Source: Candidatus Micrarchaeia archaeon (GTDB lineage Archaea; Micrarchaeota; Micrarchaeia; Anstonellales; Anstonellaceae). Taken from it: a stretch of DNA of 64,000 nucleotides. The translations under genes and the position numbers were made by a program. Below, piece after piece: positions 41,608-50,776 of the stretch; the stretch's first letter is position 1; every line of letters starts with the position of its first letter. The notes beneath the pieces are model-generated. The model ran no database searches. It saw nothing but the letters and a program-made list of their open reading frames with translations, and had not been told where the DNA came from. The stretch is taken from NCBI GenBank assembly GCA_041659465.1, contig JBAZYD010000008.1:7484-71483 (forward strand), written 5' to 3'.

Positions 41608-41690
41608 TTTGCGCAGGAAGGGCGGCTGCCACCGTGGCAGCGCCTGCGCCGTTCCGGTGTTGTTAAAAAAACAATGCCCCATATCGCCCT

Positions 41691-44600
41691 ATGCACTCCG
41701 ACGCGCTGCAGCGGAAGGTCCGGGAAGCCGCCTCAAAGGCAAAGGAGGCCCCTGCCAACTTTTCCAAGGAGCACATAGTGGTGACTTATTCTTTCAACGG
41801 AAGGCAGGGCCAGCGGGTGCTCCGCTGCGAGGGCACGGACGCATTCGGCTCAACACTGTATTACGATTATCGGACCAATGCCGTCAAGTCCCTTGAGGCG
41901 CACGCGCGCAGCTGGGGAGTCACGAACCTCAAGGAGACCCATAAGGCAGACCTTGCCAACCTGAAAGCCACCCGGATAGACGCAACCAGCCAGCAGGAAG
42001 AAGGGCGCACGCAAGCGCCGCAGCAGCCGCAAAACAATGCCGACACTTCGCACCGCCCGCCGCGCCAGGCGCCGCCGCAGCCAGGGCAAACACCACAGCA
42101 GTCTCAAAACACCGCCGACACCGCGCACCGCCAAGCGCCCGGCAACGGAAACCAGGGCGTTCCTCCAACCCAAAACCAGCCTGTGCAGCCAGGGCAAAAC
42201 CAGCATCAGCAGCAGCCCGGCAACGGAGGGCAGGGACAGCCTCCCACCCAAAATCAGCCCGCGCAAAGGCCAAGGCAGAGGCGGCCAGCCAGGCAAAAGC
42301 CAGTTGACGGGAAATTAAGCCCAAAAGCAGCAGAGCCCAAAGCCCCGTTCGAGCCGCCGCAGGGCAGGCCCGCCGGCACTGCAAAGACAGACGCGTTTAC
42401 CGAGCTTTCCAGGCCCATGCCGATTTTCGACTATTTCAAGCGCTACTACAGCGGAACAGTCCACTGCGCAAGCTTTGCATGGGGCATATCAATGTCCTAC
42501 CTTTGCGCCGAGCAGGGCCGCTCAGCGGTGATTTTCCCGGTAAGCAGCTGGAAGCTCAAGGATTACCTTACGAACAGGAAAAACAAGGAAATCACAGCAC
42601 TGGTAAAGCAGCTTGACATCCCTGTAAGGACAAACAAGGACTATTACGACATACTCGCCAACACACAAGGCAGGCTGCAGCCTGGCGCGGTAATGACCCT
42701 GGACAGCGGGCATGCGTGGGAGGGCAAGCTGAAAAACCAGCCCACGCACACCATGGTCTATCTCGGATATGGCTACTGGGCCGACAACCGGGATGACAAG
42801 CAGGTAATCAAAGTCAAGTACAGCGAAGCGGTGGCGCGCTCTGGCGATGCCGCGGCATTTTCAGCCCAAGCTGCCAAGGAGACAAAGAACGCGGTCATAG
42901 TCTCGCCTTCCGACCTGCTCGCCCTAAAAAACAACGGCGACTGGCTGCGCAAGGGGAACCATGTGCTTGCGCGCGAGGGCGGGGAATATTTCCTCTACAA
43001 ATGCAGCGACGACGACCTGACCTCCTTCAAGCGGCTGGCGTCCGTGCCTGCAAGCAGCGGGGCGGCAGGGGTTGCCAATGTGATAAACAACCCATGGGTG
43101 GACATGGCGTCCGCGGATGCGAAGAAAATAGGCTCCCTGAAAGAGGGGGAATGCGCATTCCTGTCCCCGCAAATAAACAACCAGTACATATTCAGCAGCC
43201 TGGACGGCGGTGTTGCAAGGTCCATCCGGATGTTCGGCAAGGACGTCTTCACAGGGTTCCAAGGCAACGGGCCGACACCTGTCCAGGGGCTGGACGGCAA
43301 GGACTATTGGGTGAAGCGGGAATTCACCGCCAGCGGCCTGCCTGAAATATGCGTCTATTCCCCGTCAACAGATGTGGTCTACTACATCGTGCAGAAGAAC
43401 GGAGCAAACCTTGGCATCTCGGTGAAAAAGCACTGGTTCCTCGACCGTTTCGAGTGGAGCGGCGGCTCGGGCGTTTACCAGGTGGACATCGACAAGATGC
43501 CCCCCGCGAAGAAACGGGCAATTTCATCCCAGGATTTCGGGCTGCAAAGCGTGACTGCCGAGGGCTTTGCCGCGCTGCTTTCCAAGACATACAGCATCCA
43601 ATTCGAATACGCCCTCAACGAGATAATGCGCCAGAACCCAGCAATACCCTACCCGCGCGCCAAGGTGAGGAGCATTTCCGTCGTCCTTGCGGTTATCCTG
43701 CCTGACGTCAAAATAGGCCGCATCACCGGGCCGATTGAAAGGCTGGAGACGCCTGCGGAGCGCAGGCTGGTGCACGAAATAAGGGACCAAAAGCCCAATT
43801 ACACCCCCAGGGACAAGGAGGAGGTGAACATCAGGAGCGCTGTGATTCTCCGCGGCGACGCATACCTGAAGAGATGCAGCGACATAGACAGCAAGTATTA
43901 CAAGCTCGGCATCATGGCGTCAAACGTGGGCGCGCTCCAGGTGATTCTCTACAACGAGCTTTTCAGCTCGCCAAAGTCGCTTGATGAAAAGTACCGCGAA
44001 CAGGGATTTTTCAGCGACAGGGAAGCCGGGAAATCCCGTGCACGGGAACTGTTCGGGATAGATGGCAATGCAATCGGTGATGCCGTTGCAAAAATCCGGG
44101 GCAAGAACGATTCCCGCCTGGACTCCTGGGGGCCGTTCCAGACCAACATAGACTACGTGCGCTACTACCTGGAAGGCTACCACATGCGCAAGGTGGCCGG
44201 CGGGAAGGAGAAGTACCTGCCCGATGACGCGCTTGGGGCAAAGCGGCGCGAAGAGATTGGCGCCCTCCTGGCAAGCGCAGGCGCAAGCAAGGAAACGCTT
44301 TTCACGCTCAGGAAATATGCCGCATTGCCGCAGAACAAGCGCGAGCTTGTGGCGGACATGCTTTATGATTTCACGTTTGCCCTTTATTTTGCCAACAAGC
44401 TGCTCTCGGAAAACAAAAGCGTGATAGAGGACCAGGCAAAAAAGATCGCCGGCCGGAAATACTGGGGCGCCGACCTTGAGATGACCAGCGTGCTTGCCTA
44501 CAACAGGGGCATAGTAAGGGCAAACACCGCGATATTCCAGCAGAACCTTCTCCTGGTCGGGCAAACCGTCGCTGGCCAGGCAATGGCATCCAAGGACCAG

Positions 44601-45455
44601 GGCGCGCGCGACACGGCGCGCGAGCTTTATTCGACTTTGAAGAAACTGCAGATTGACGGGCTGCTATCCGGGGGCATCCCCACAACAATGGGCTCGCTTC
44701 GCTCCACTATGGACCTATTTCACCCTGGCACGTCGGATTACGGCGGAAAGGAAAGCAACACATTCAAGGCGTTCAAGCTCATCTGCGCGCTAAAAGGGAT
44801 AGGCTATTTCCGCCTGGGCACGAAAACATATGATGCGCAGAAAATGGGCCTTGACGAGTTCGCCCAGGCATTCGGCACAAATGGCAACTACAAGCGGGCG
44901 TTCGAATTCTTTGAATTGCCGCAATTCGCCGAAGGGGATTTCGCGTCCAAAACCGACAAGGGAAACAAGCATCCATACCCCGCCCTCAACTACGCGTTCC
45001 TGAGCAGCGTGTCGGAAAGCAACAAAAAGGCGCTTACGAGCTACCTGGCATCATACATGTTCTACATAAAGCCGGTGGAGGAGGAGCCGCACGGCCCGAC
45101 ATATTCCAGCGCCACCCTGAAGCTCGACAGGTATGATTGGGCAACCGGGAGGGAGTCAAACAAGATAAACATCGCATACACCGTCCCGTATTCCCCCGGG
45201 CTTGGCACCATGAGCGTCTACAACATCAAGGGCGAGAAAGTCGCCACAATATTTGAAAACGCGCGCCAGAACGAGGGCAAGTACCGCAGGGCATCCCCTG
45301 CCCTTCCCCCAGGCGTCTATGCAGTGAAATACACTGTCGGCACGCTGAGCGTGGCGTCCACCATCACCATCCTGCCTTCCTCCGGGGCGGCCAGCGCCCA
45401 GGGCGCGCCCATAGTGTCGCCCACCACCGCAAAGAAAGCGCCCCCGAAAAAGTGA
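41691..45455 (+). CDS. 1254-aa multidomain protein: Q/P-rich repeats, NlpC/P60-like Cys peptidase, possible lysozyme/SLT-like region, FlgD-Ig-like C-terminus
   Basis: Cys motif GTVHCASFAW (Cys259) and His motif PTHTMVYLGYG (His353) preceded by LQPGAVMTL. Later come SWGPFQTNIDY and VLAYNRGI (SLT-like). The C-terminal segment is MSVYNIKGEKVATIFENARQNEGKY...LPPGVYAVKYTVG. No signal peptide was seen. Confidence 0.7.
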   Translation: MHSDALQRKVREAASKAKEAPANFSKEHIVVTYSFNGRQGQRVLRCEGTDAFGSTLYYDYRTNAVKSLEAHARSWGVTNLKETHKADLANLKATRIDATSQQEEGRTQAPQQPQNNADTSHRPPRQAPPQPGQTPQQSQNTADTAHRQAPGNGNQGVPPTQNQPVQPGQNQHQQQPGNGGQGQPPTQNQPAQRPRQRRPARQKPVDGKLSPKAAEPKAPFEPPQGRPAGTAKTDAFTELSRPMPIFDYFKRYYSGTVHCASFAWGISMSYLCAEQGRSAVIFPVSSWKLKDYLTNRKNKEITALVKQLDIPVRTNKDYYDILANTQGRLQPGAVMTLDSGHAWEGKLKNQPTHTMVYLGYGYWADNRDDKQVIKVKYSEAVARSGDAAAFSAQAAKETKNAVIVSPSDLLALKNNGDWLRKGNHVLAREGGEYFLYKCSDDDLTSFKRLASVPASSGAAGVANVINNPWVDMASADAKKIGSLKEGECAFLSPQINNQYIFSSLDGGVARSIRMFGKDVFTGFQGNGPTPVQGLDGKDYWVKREFTASGLPEICVYSPSTDVVYYIVQKNGANLGISVKKHWFLDRFEWSGGSGVYQVDIDKMPPAKKRAISSQDFGLQSVTAEGFAALLSKTYSIQFEYALNEIMRQNPAIPYPRAKVRSISVVLAVILPDVKIGRITGPIERLETPAERRLVHEIRDQKPNYTPRDKEEVNIRSAVILRGDAYLKRCSDIDSKYYKLGIMASNVGALQVILYNELFSSPKSLDEKYREQGFFSDREAGKSRARELFGIDGNAIGDAVAKIRGKNDSRLDSWGPFQTNIDYVRYYLEGYHMRKVAGGKEKYLPDDALGAKRREEIGALLASAGASKETLFTLRKYAALPQNKRELVADMLYDFTFALYFANKLLSENKSVIEDQAKKIAGRKYWGADLEMTSVLAYNRGIVRANTAIFQQNLLLVGQTVAGQAMASKDQGARDTARELYSTLKKLQIDGLLSGGIPTTMGSLRSTMDLFHPGTSDYGGKESNTFKAFKLICALKGIGYFRLGTKTYDAQKMGLDEFAQAFGTNGNYKRAFEFFELPQFAEGDFASKTDKGNKHPYPALNYAFLSSVSESNKKALTSYLASYMFYIKPVEEEPHGPTYSSATLKLDRYDWATGRESNKINIAYTVPYSPGLGTMSVYNIKGEKVATIFENARQNEGKYRRASPALPPGVYAVKYTVGTLSVASTITILPSSGAASAQGAPIVSPTTAKKAPPKK

Positions 45456-45510
45456 CGCTGCCCCTTTGGCTGGCGAGAGCGTTTTAAACCCCTTCATCCC
45501 GACTATTGGC

Positions 45511-46707
45511 ATGGCATCTTCCGGGGGCAAACCGACGCTTTCCTCCCTCATTGGCAACCCGACCGCCATAGCGGCGGCAAGGGCATGGGCGCAGGGCTGG
45601 CAGGACGGGAAGCGGCAGCCACCCCTTCTCATCACAGGCTCCACAGGCACAGGCAAGACCGCGCTTGCTCACGCGATTGCAGGCGAATTCGGCTGGGAGC
45701 TTTTCGAGTTCAACGCATCCGACTTCAGGAACGAGGAAAACGTCACCGCGCTGCTCTCGCACTCCACGACGTCCTCCTCCCTTTTCGGCGGCACGCGCCT
45801 CATCCTGATTGACGATGCTGACTCCCTTTCCGGCACTGCCGACAGGGGCGGGGCAGGCGCAATCGCAAAAGTATTGGCAGGCGCACGCCAGCCAGTCATC
45901 CTGACCGCAGCCGACTACTATGACAGGAAGATGTCCTCGATAAAGGCGCACTGCCAGCAACTTGAGCTCCGCCGCTCGCATGTCTCCACAATCGCGAAAT
46001 TCCTGGGGCGGGAGGCGGCCTCGCGCGGCATTGCGCTTGCAGAAGGCGACGCGGAAAAAATCGCGCAGGCGGCCGCGGGGGACATCCGCGCCGCGCTCAA
46101 CGACCTTGCCGCGCACAACACGTCCGCAAGCCGCGACCGGGAGAAGAACATATTCGACATCATGCGCGACATCTTCAAGGCGGAAAAATACTCCGACGCG
46201 CGCAAGGCGGCGTTCTCATCCGAAGCGGACCACGACACGCTCAAGCTCTGGATTGCGCAAAACCTCCCGACGGCATGTGCCAAGCCGTTTGACCTGGCCG
46301 AAGGCTACAACAGGCTCTCGCGCGCAGACATGTTCGACGGCAGGATAAAGCGCACGCAATACTGGGGCTACCTGCGCTACTCTTCCGACCTGATGACTGC
46401 AGGGGTGTCACTTTCAAAATCATCGCCATCGCAGCAGCACGGCTTTGTGCCATTTGCATACCCGGACTACATCCGCGCCATGGGCTCGTCGAAATCCGCG
46501 CGCACGCTGCGGAAGGGCGCGCTGTCCAAAATCGCGCGCATGTGCCACTGCTCCATTGCGCAGGCTGGGGGCTACCTGCCGCTGTTTGAGCTGGTGGCAA
46601 AAAAGGACGGGGCGGCATTCGGCGAGCTGTTTGACGAGGACGAGCTAGCATTTATAATGAAGAAGGATGCGAAGAAGGCAGCAGCAAGGAAAAAGGCAAA
46701 GGAGTAG
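45511..46707 (+). CDS. rfcL: replication factor C large subunit
   Basis: LLITGSTGTGKTALAHAIA, LILIDDADSL and GDIRAALNDL. ATG at 45511 with TATA ttttaaac (45482-45489) about 22 nt upstream. The track start at 45466 is TTG. Confidence 0.75.
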   Translation: MASSGGKPTLSSLIGNPTAIAAARAWAQGWQDGKRQPPLLITGSTGTGKTALAHAIAGEFGWELFEFNASDFRNEENVTALLSHSTTSSSLFGGTRLILIDDADSLSGTADRGGAGAIAKVLAGARQPVILTAADYYDRKMSSIKAHCQQLELRRSHVSTIAKFLGREAASRGIALAEGDAEKIAQAAAGDIRAALNDLAAHNTSASRDREKNIFDIMRDIFKAEKYSDARKAAFSSEADHDTLKLWIAQNLPTACAKPFDLAEGYNRLSRADMFDGRIKRTQYWGYLRYSSDLMTAGVSLSKSSPSQQHGFVPFAYPDYIRAMGSSKSARTLRKGALSKIARMCHCSIAQAGGYLPLFELVAKKDGAAFGELFDEDELAFIMKKDAKKAAARKKAKE

Positions 46708-46710
46708 CAT

Positions 46711-46822
46711 CACACTCTCACGCCCGAAGCCCATGCCTTTCAGGCATGGGTAAAGGCAGATCATCTTTGTCCAACATTTTCCATCCGTAACAGAAGCCCA
46801 TGCCTTTAGGCGTGGGAGTGTG
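46711..46822 (+). ncRNA. structured RNA element (14-bp closing helix, internal hairpin, 15-nt direct repeat)
   Basis: CACACTCTCACGCC (46711-46724) pairs with GGCGTGGGAGTGTG (46809-46822), with one G.U. Hairpin CCCATGCCT-ttc-AGGCATGGG lies at 46730-46750. gaagcccatgccttt occurs twice. TAAAGGCA (46751-46758) can pair with TGCCTTTA (46801-46808). Confidence 0.4.
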
Positions 46823-46827
46823 TCACC

Positions 46828-47325
46828 ATGCTCGAACCAACCGCAAAAGACGCAAAGCTTTTCACTGAGGCCGACGTGGCACTTGCGCAGAAATTCCGCG
46901 AAGCGGGCTTTGGCCTCTACAAGGAAGGCGAACTGCTCCTCTCGCCCCTTGAAGCAGGCTACCTGGTGAAAATCGGCAAGGCAAAGCTCGCGTCAGGCAC
47001 GCTCGCCTCTTTCACAGGCGCGCAGAAGAAGCGCGACAAGGCATTCCCATTCGCGCTTTCAGTGTACTTCATCATCCGCCAGACCGGCAGGATGGTCGCG
47101 CCGTTCGAAAAGACAACGCAATATTTCCGCGCATACGCGCCCGGCGTGGGGCGCACCGAGAACCGCCCCTCCCAGCTGATATGCCTCTTGCCAGGCGTTG
47201 CCCCATCGACAAAACAGCTGGTCGAGCAGGTGAAAATCGCGCACCTCGCGCGGCTCGAGCTCATAATCGCATGCGGAACGGAAGAGGAGCCGCACTTCTA
47301 CAAATTGTCGGCGTTCAATTTCTGA
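46828..47325 (+). CDS. short tRNA-splicing-endonuclease-like protein (EndA paralog, possibly non-catalytic)
   Basis: 165 aa. LLLSPLEAGYLVKIG resembles the EndA N-domain, VYFIIRQTGRMV...YFRAY the C-domain, and LIIACGTEEEPHFYKL the C-terminal strand. No clear His/Lys catalytic pair was seen. Confidence 0.5.
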   Translation: MLEPTAKDAKLFTEADVALAQKFREAGFGLYKEGELLLSPLEAGYLVKIGKAKLASGTLASFTGAQKKRDKAFPFALSVYFIIRQTGRMVAPFEKTTQYFRAYAPGVGRTENRPSQLICLLPGVAPSTKQLVEQVKIAHLARLELIIACGTEEEPHFYKLSAFNF

Positions 47326-47335
47326 CAAATTCGCA

Positions 47336-48157
47336 TCATTCTTTTTTCTCAGGGTAAAGATACTCCTGGTTCTCCTGGAACTTCTTTTTTCCATACCACA
47401 TGATTTCCAGCTTCTCGCGCGAGATTTTCAGGTACTCCCTGTCCTGCGAATGCACCTCCAGCGTGATGGTGCCGTCGTAAAAGGCTTTCAGCTCCTTTAC
47501 AGCGCGCGCGATGTCTATCTTGCCGGCGCCAAGCGGAAGGTGCTGGTCAGCGCGCCTGTCGTTGTCGTGCAGGTGCACGTGCTTCACCCTCTTCTTGAAC
47601 TGCGCAAGGTAATTCTCCAGCCCCTCGCCGTCTGCTGTGGATGCATGCCCGACATCGAGCGTCATCCCCATTCCAGACTCGGAAAAGAGGAGCTTGAACT
47701 CGCGGATGGAAAACGAGCTTGCGTTGAAATTCTCCACAAGAAGCTCAAGCCCTCGCACCTCTGCTTCCTTGTGCAGCTTCCGTATGTTTTCCACTGTCTT
47801 TGCCACCCTCACCCCGCGCTCCTCGATGCCTGCGGGCAGGAACTCGGTGTGGAGCGTCGCCTTTTTCGCGCCAAACAAGGCCGCAGTGTCAAACGCGCGG
47901 CAAAATTCCAGGTTTATGGCTTCCTGCACCGAGGGGTACGGGTGCGCCACAGAAAAATACCAAGGCATGTGCGCAAGCACCCCGAAATTGTACGAGGAAA
48001 GCGCATCCAGCACCGCCTGCCTTTCCTTCAGCAGCCTGTCAGGGCGCGCGAGCGGCGCCTCGATGGTCAGCTCGAAATAGTCAAAGCCCATCTCGCCGAA
48101 AAGCGCGATTTCATCCGCAACACCCTTCTTCGGGTCGTTCATTGCGCCGATTATCAT
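47336..48157 (-). CDS. xylose-isomerase-like TIM-barrel protein (sugar phosphate isomerase/epimerase family)
   Basis: 273 aa, FDYFELTIE...HTEF...VKHVHLHDN pattern. Confidence 0.7.
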   Translation of the reverse strand: MIIGAMNDPKKGVADEIALFGEMGFDYFELTIEAPLARPDRLLKERQAVLDALSSYNFGVLAHMPWYFSVAHPYPSVQEAINLEFCRAFDTAALFGAKKATLHTEFLPAGIEERGVRVAKTVENIRKLHKEAEVRGLELLVENFNASSFSIREFKLLFSESGMGMTLDVGHASTADGEGLENYLAQFKKRVKHVHLHDNDRRADQHLPLGAGKIDIARAVKELKAFYDGTITLEVHSQDREYLKISREKLEIMWYGKKKFQENQEYLYPEKKE

Positions 48158-48168
48158 GCAAATCTCCC

Positions 48169-48597
48169 CTAAAATGCGGCTTCTGCCATTTCCAGCCTCT
48201 TGTGCCTCTCCTGCTCAAGCTCTTTCTTCCTCTCTTTATAGATTTTGTGAAGCACTCCCACTGTCCTTGCGTTTATCTTGACCTTGCCCCCATGCGGCCG
48301 CAGCGCGCCTGAGAACGTTTTCGGGATGTGCAGCAACTCATGTATGATGACCTTCTCCTTCTCCTCATCGGAGAGCGGGTCATAGTGCTGCGTGAGCACC
48401 TCTATTATGTAAAACGTGCCGACCGAGAGCGCCTTCTGCCAGATGTCCGGCAGGTTCCAAATCCTGGCGTACGCGCGCGCCGTGGCATTCCTCGACCGCA
48501 TGCAGATTATCCTGAACTCATTCACATGCCCGTAGGACAGCACGTCCACTATCTCGGAAACCTTCCTCTCGACATCAGGGGCCATCTCCACGTCCAT
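48169..48597 (-). CDS. HExxH metallopeptidase-like protein
   Basis: 142 aa with the IIHELLHIP zinc motif. Confidence 0.55.
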   Translation of the reverse strand: MDVEMAPDVERKVSEIVDVLSYGHVNEFRIICMRSRNATARAYARIWNLPDIWQKALSVGTFYIIEVLTQHYDPLSDEEKEKVIIHELLHIPKTFSGALRPHGGKVKINARTVGVLHKIYKERKKELEQERHKRLEMAEAAF

Positions 48598-48619
48598 GGC
48601 TAAATTTCCTGCATTCTCA

Positions 48620-48627
48620 TTTTATAA
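48620..48627. promoter_or_regulatory. shared central TATA box (ttttataa) of a divergent pair
   Basis: It lies 23 nt from the ATG at 48597 (minus) and 23 nt from the ATG at 48650 (plus). Confidence 0.6.
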
Positions 48628-48649
48628 CTGCGCCGCCAAATTACCGCGT

Positions 48650-50017
48650 ATGGGGGACGGGCAAGGGTTTTTCGCGCGCTGCGCAAAGGCGCGCGATGAG
48701 GTTTCGCGCATGCGCGCGCCGCTATTGGTGCACCACTACGACTGCGACGGCATCACCTCCGGCGCCATAGTGACGGGCTCGCTTGGAAAGATGGGCAAGC
48801 CCTGCCGCGTGCAGTCTGTGCGCAAGCTGGACGCGGAATTCCTCGCCTCGATTGCGCACGAGCCGGAAATAATATTCTCAGACCTTGGCAGCGGGACGGC
48901 GGAAATCGATTCCCTGGCAGGCAACGTGGTGGTGATAGACCACCACCAGCCGAAAAGCAGCGCGCACCTGCAGGCAAACCCCCACCTGTTCGGCTTTGAC
49001 GGCGGGACGGACATCTCTGCAGCAGGCTGCGCATATTTTGTCTTCGGGGAATTCGTGGAGCTGGGAATTGTCGGCGCAATAGGCGATGTCCAGGCCCCGC
49101 TTTGCAGCCTGAACAAAATCATGCTCGACCAAGCGGTGGCGCAGGGCGCAATATCCGTGGAAAAGGACATACTGCTGTTCGGCAGGAACAGCCGCCCGCT
49201 GAAGCAATTCCTTCTCTATGCGGACGAGCCTTACCTGCCAGGCATCACTGGGCAGGATGACGCCTGCAATGCGCTGCTGCAGGAGCTTGGCATTCCGCAA
49301 AAGCAAAAGGGCGCGGCAAATGGCGGCGAGCAGGGCGATGGCATCGGAGCGCTCGGAAGCGGCGAAAAATGGAGGACGTACTCCGACCTTTCCTTCACTG
49401 AGCGCCGCGCGCTCGTTTCCTCGCTTGCAAAGCTTCTTGCCATGCGCTCCTCGCCCGAAGCGGCCCTGCGCCTTGTCGGAGACACGTATAATCTTCTTCG
49501 CATGCCTCAGGGCACGCTCCTTCGCGACGCATCCGAATTCTCCACTCTCCTCAATGCATGCGGCAGGAACAACAGGCCCGAGCTTGGCGTGTCCGTGTGC
49601 CTGCAGCGGCAAGGCGCATACGAGGAGGCGCAGGCGCTCCTTGCAGAGCACCGCAAGAACCTGCGCGCGGGGATTGAGTTTGCGTCCAAGAACACGCAGG
49701 ACATCGGCAAGTTCCTGCTGCTGGACGCGCGCGGAGTGATTCCCGACAGCATAATTGGCGTGGTGGCTGGCATGCTCTACGCAGGCTCGCGCAAAAAGCC
49801 CATACTCGCGCTCTCGCTTGAGGCGCCTGGCAAGATAAAACTGTCCACAAGGGGCACGCGCGCGCTCGTGGAAGCAGGGTTGAACCTCGGAAAAATCCTC
49901 TCGGAATGCTGCGCGCAGGTCGGCGGCGCGGGCGGCGGGCACAACATCGCGGCAGGGGCGAGCATACCTGAAGAAAAGCTGGATGACTTCCTAAAAGAGT
50001 TTGCCTCCCGCTTGTGA
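48650..50017 (+). CDS. DHH/DHHA1 phosphoesterase (archaeal RecJ/GAN-like)
   Basis: HHYDCDGITSG, VIDHHQP and GGGHNIAAGA. Start at 48650 from promoter geometry; the track start is 48596. Confidence 0.8.
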   Translation: MGDGQGFFARCAKARDEVSRMRAPLLVHHYDCDGITSGAIVTGSLGKMGKPCRVQSVRKLDAEFLASIAHEPEIIFSDLGSGTAEIDSLAGNVVVIDHHQPKSSAHLQANPHLFGFDGGTDISAAGCAYFVFGEFVELGIVGAIGDVQAPLCSLNKIMLDQAVAQGAISVEKDILLFGRNSRPLKQFLLYADEPYLPGITGQDDACNALLQELGIPQKQKGAANGGEQGDGIGALGSGEKWRTYSDLSFTERRALVSSLAKLLAMRSSPEAALRLVGDTYNLLRMPQGTLLRDASEFSTLLNACGRNNRPELGVSVCLQRQGAYEEAQALLAEHRKNLRAGIEFASKNTQDIGKFLLLDARGVIPDSIIGVVAGMLYAGSRKKPILALSLEAPGKIKLSTRGTRALVEAGLNLGKILSECCAQVGGAGGGHNIAAGASIPEEKLDDFLKEFASRL

Positions 50018-50135
50018 TATGGCGCCGCCGCTGGCTTGGGGCGCCGATATGTTCCTACTGGAGCTTGCCGCGCGGCTGTGAGCCTGCACAGCCTGTTTTG
50101 AAGGAATTTGCTGCAAAGCTCTGAAAACGCCCGCG

Positions 50136-50684
50136 CTACGGCTTTTTCAGCCCGAACTTCCCAGTCCCGTATTTATCCCAATACATCCATTTCTTCTCAA
50201 GTTCAACGCCGGCGCTCTCCTTGATATAATCGCCAATTGTGGAATATAATCCAAATCTAAGTTCACCGGCGCTTGCCCCGAAAATATTGTTGATTGGCGC
50301 GTGGAGGATGGCAAACCAAAAGCGCGTTGAAAAAAAGGCCTTTGCCCCGCCATCATCCCGAATGCAGTCCCCTATTATTTTTCTGACCGCTTCTTCAAGC
50401 TTCTCCTTGTTATCTGTGTTGGCTTTAAGCGCATTGGAAATTTTCTTTGAAAGGCTCCAAAGAAAACCATCGCCGATTATTCCTTCGTTGTATGCAGTCT
50501 GAAGATGGTTTTTCGGCTTGCCATTTTGGGCAACGCAGGCATTTTTCAAAGCCAGAAAGCATGCGCGTTCCGAAGATTTTGCCCTTTGCGTGTCTTGGAT
50601 GGTTGGGATGGTTGAATTCTTGGCGGACTGCTGGGGGGTTACTGCGTTGGCGGGAGATTTCTTATATATCTGGAATTGGAACAT
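50136..50684 (-). CDS. hypothetical protein
   Basis: 182 aa from the ATG at 50684. TATA tttaaat (50707-50713) is centred 26 nt upstream. AT-richer than its neighbours. The track's longer start would overlap the next gene. Confidence 0.45.
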   Translation of the reverse strand: MFQFQIYKKSPANAVTPQQSAKNSTIPTIQDTQRAKSSERACFLALKNACVAQNGKPKNHLQTAYNEGIIGDGFLWSLSKKISNALKANTDNKEKLEEAVRKIIGDCIRDDGGAKAFFSTRFWFAILHAPINNIFGASAGELRFGLYSTIGDYIKESAGVELEKKWMYWDKYGTGKFGLKKP

Positions 50685-50776
50685 GTATAAAAAATGGCAG
50701 AAACAGTTTAAATCGATTTCCCCAACGCCACGATTTCCTAAAGGATTTTGTCGCACGGCTTTGATTTTTGGCAGTT

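Noticed and set aside
41850-45656. Numerous minus-strand and off-frame ORFs inside the 1254-aa gene (e.g. 43920-44564, 45156-45656)
   Set aside because: These are shadow ORFs. The single long plus-strand frame is uninterrupted for 3.7 kb and carries recognisable domain motifs.
46727-46809. The 15-nt direct repeat gaagcccatgccttt as a CRISPR-like array
   Set aside because: There are only two copies, the repeats are too short, and no cas genes are present. They are better explained as alternative pairing partners in an RNA structure.
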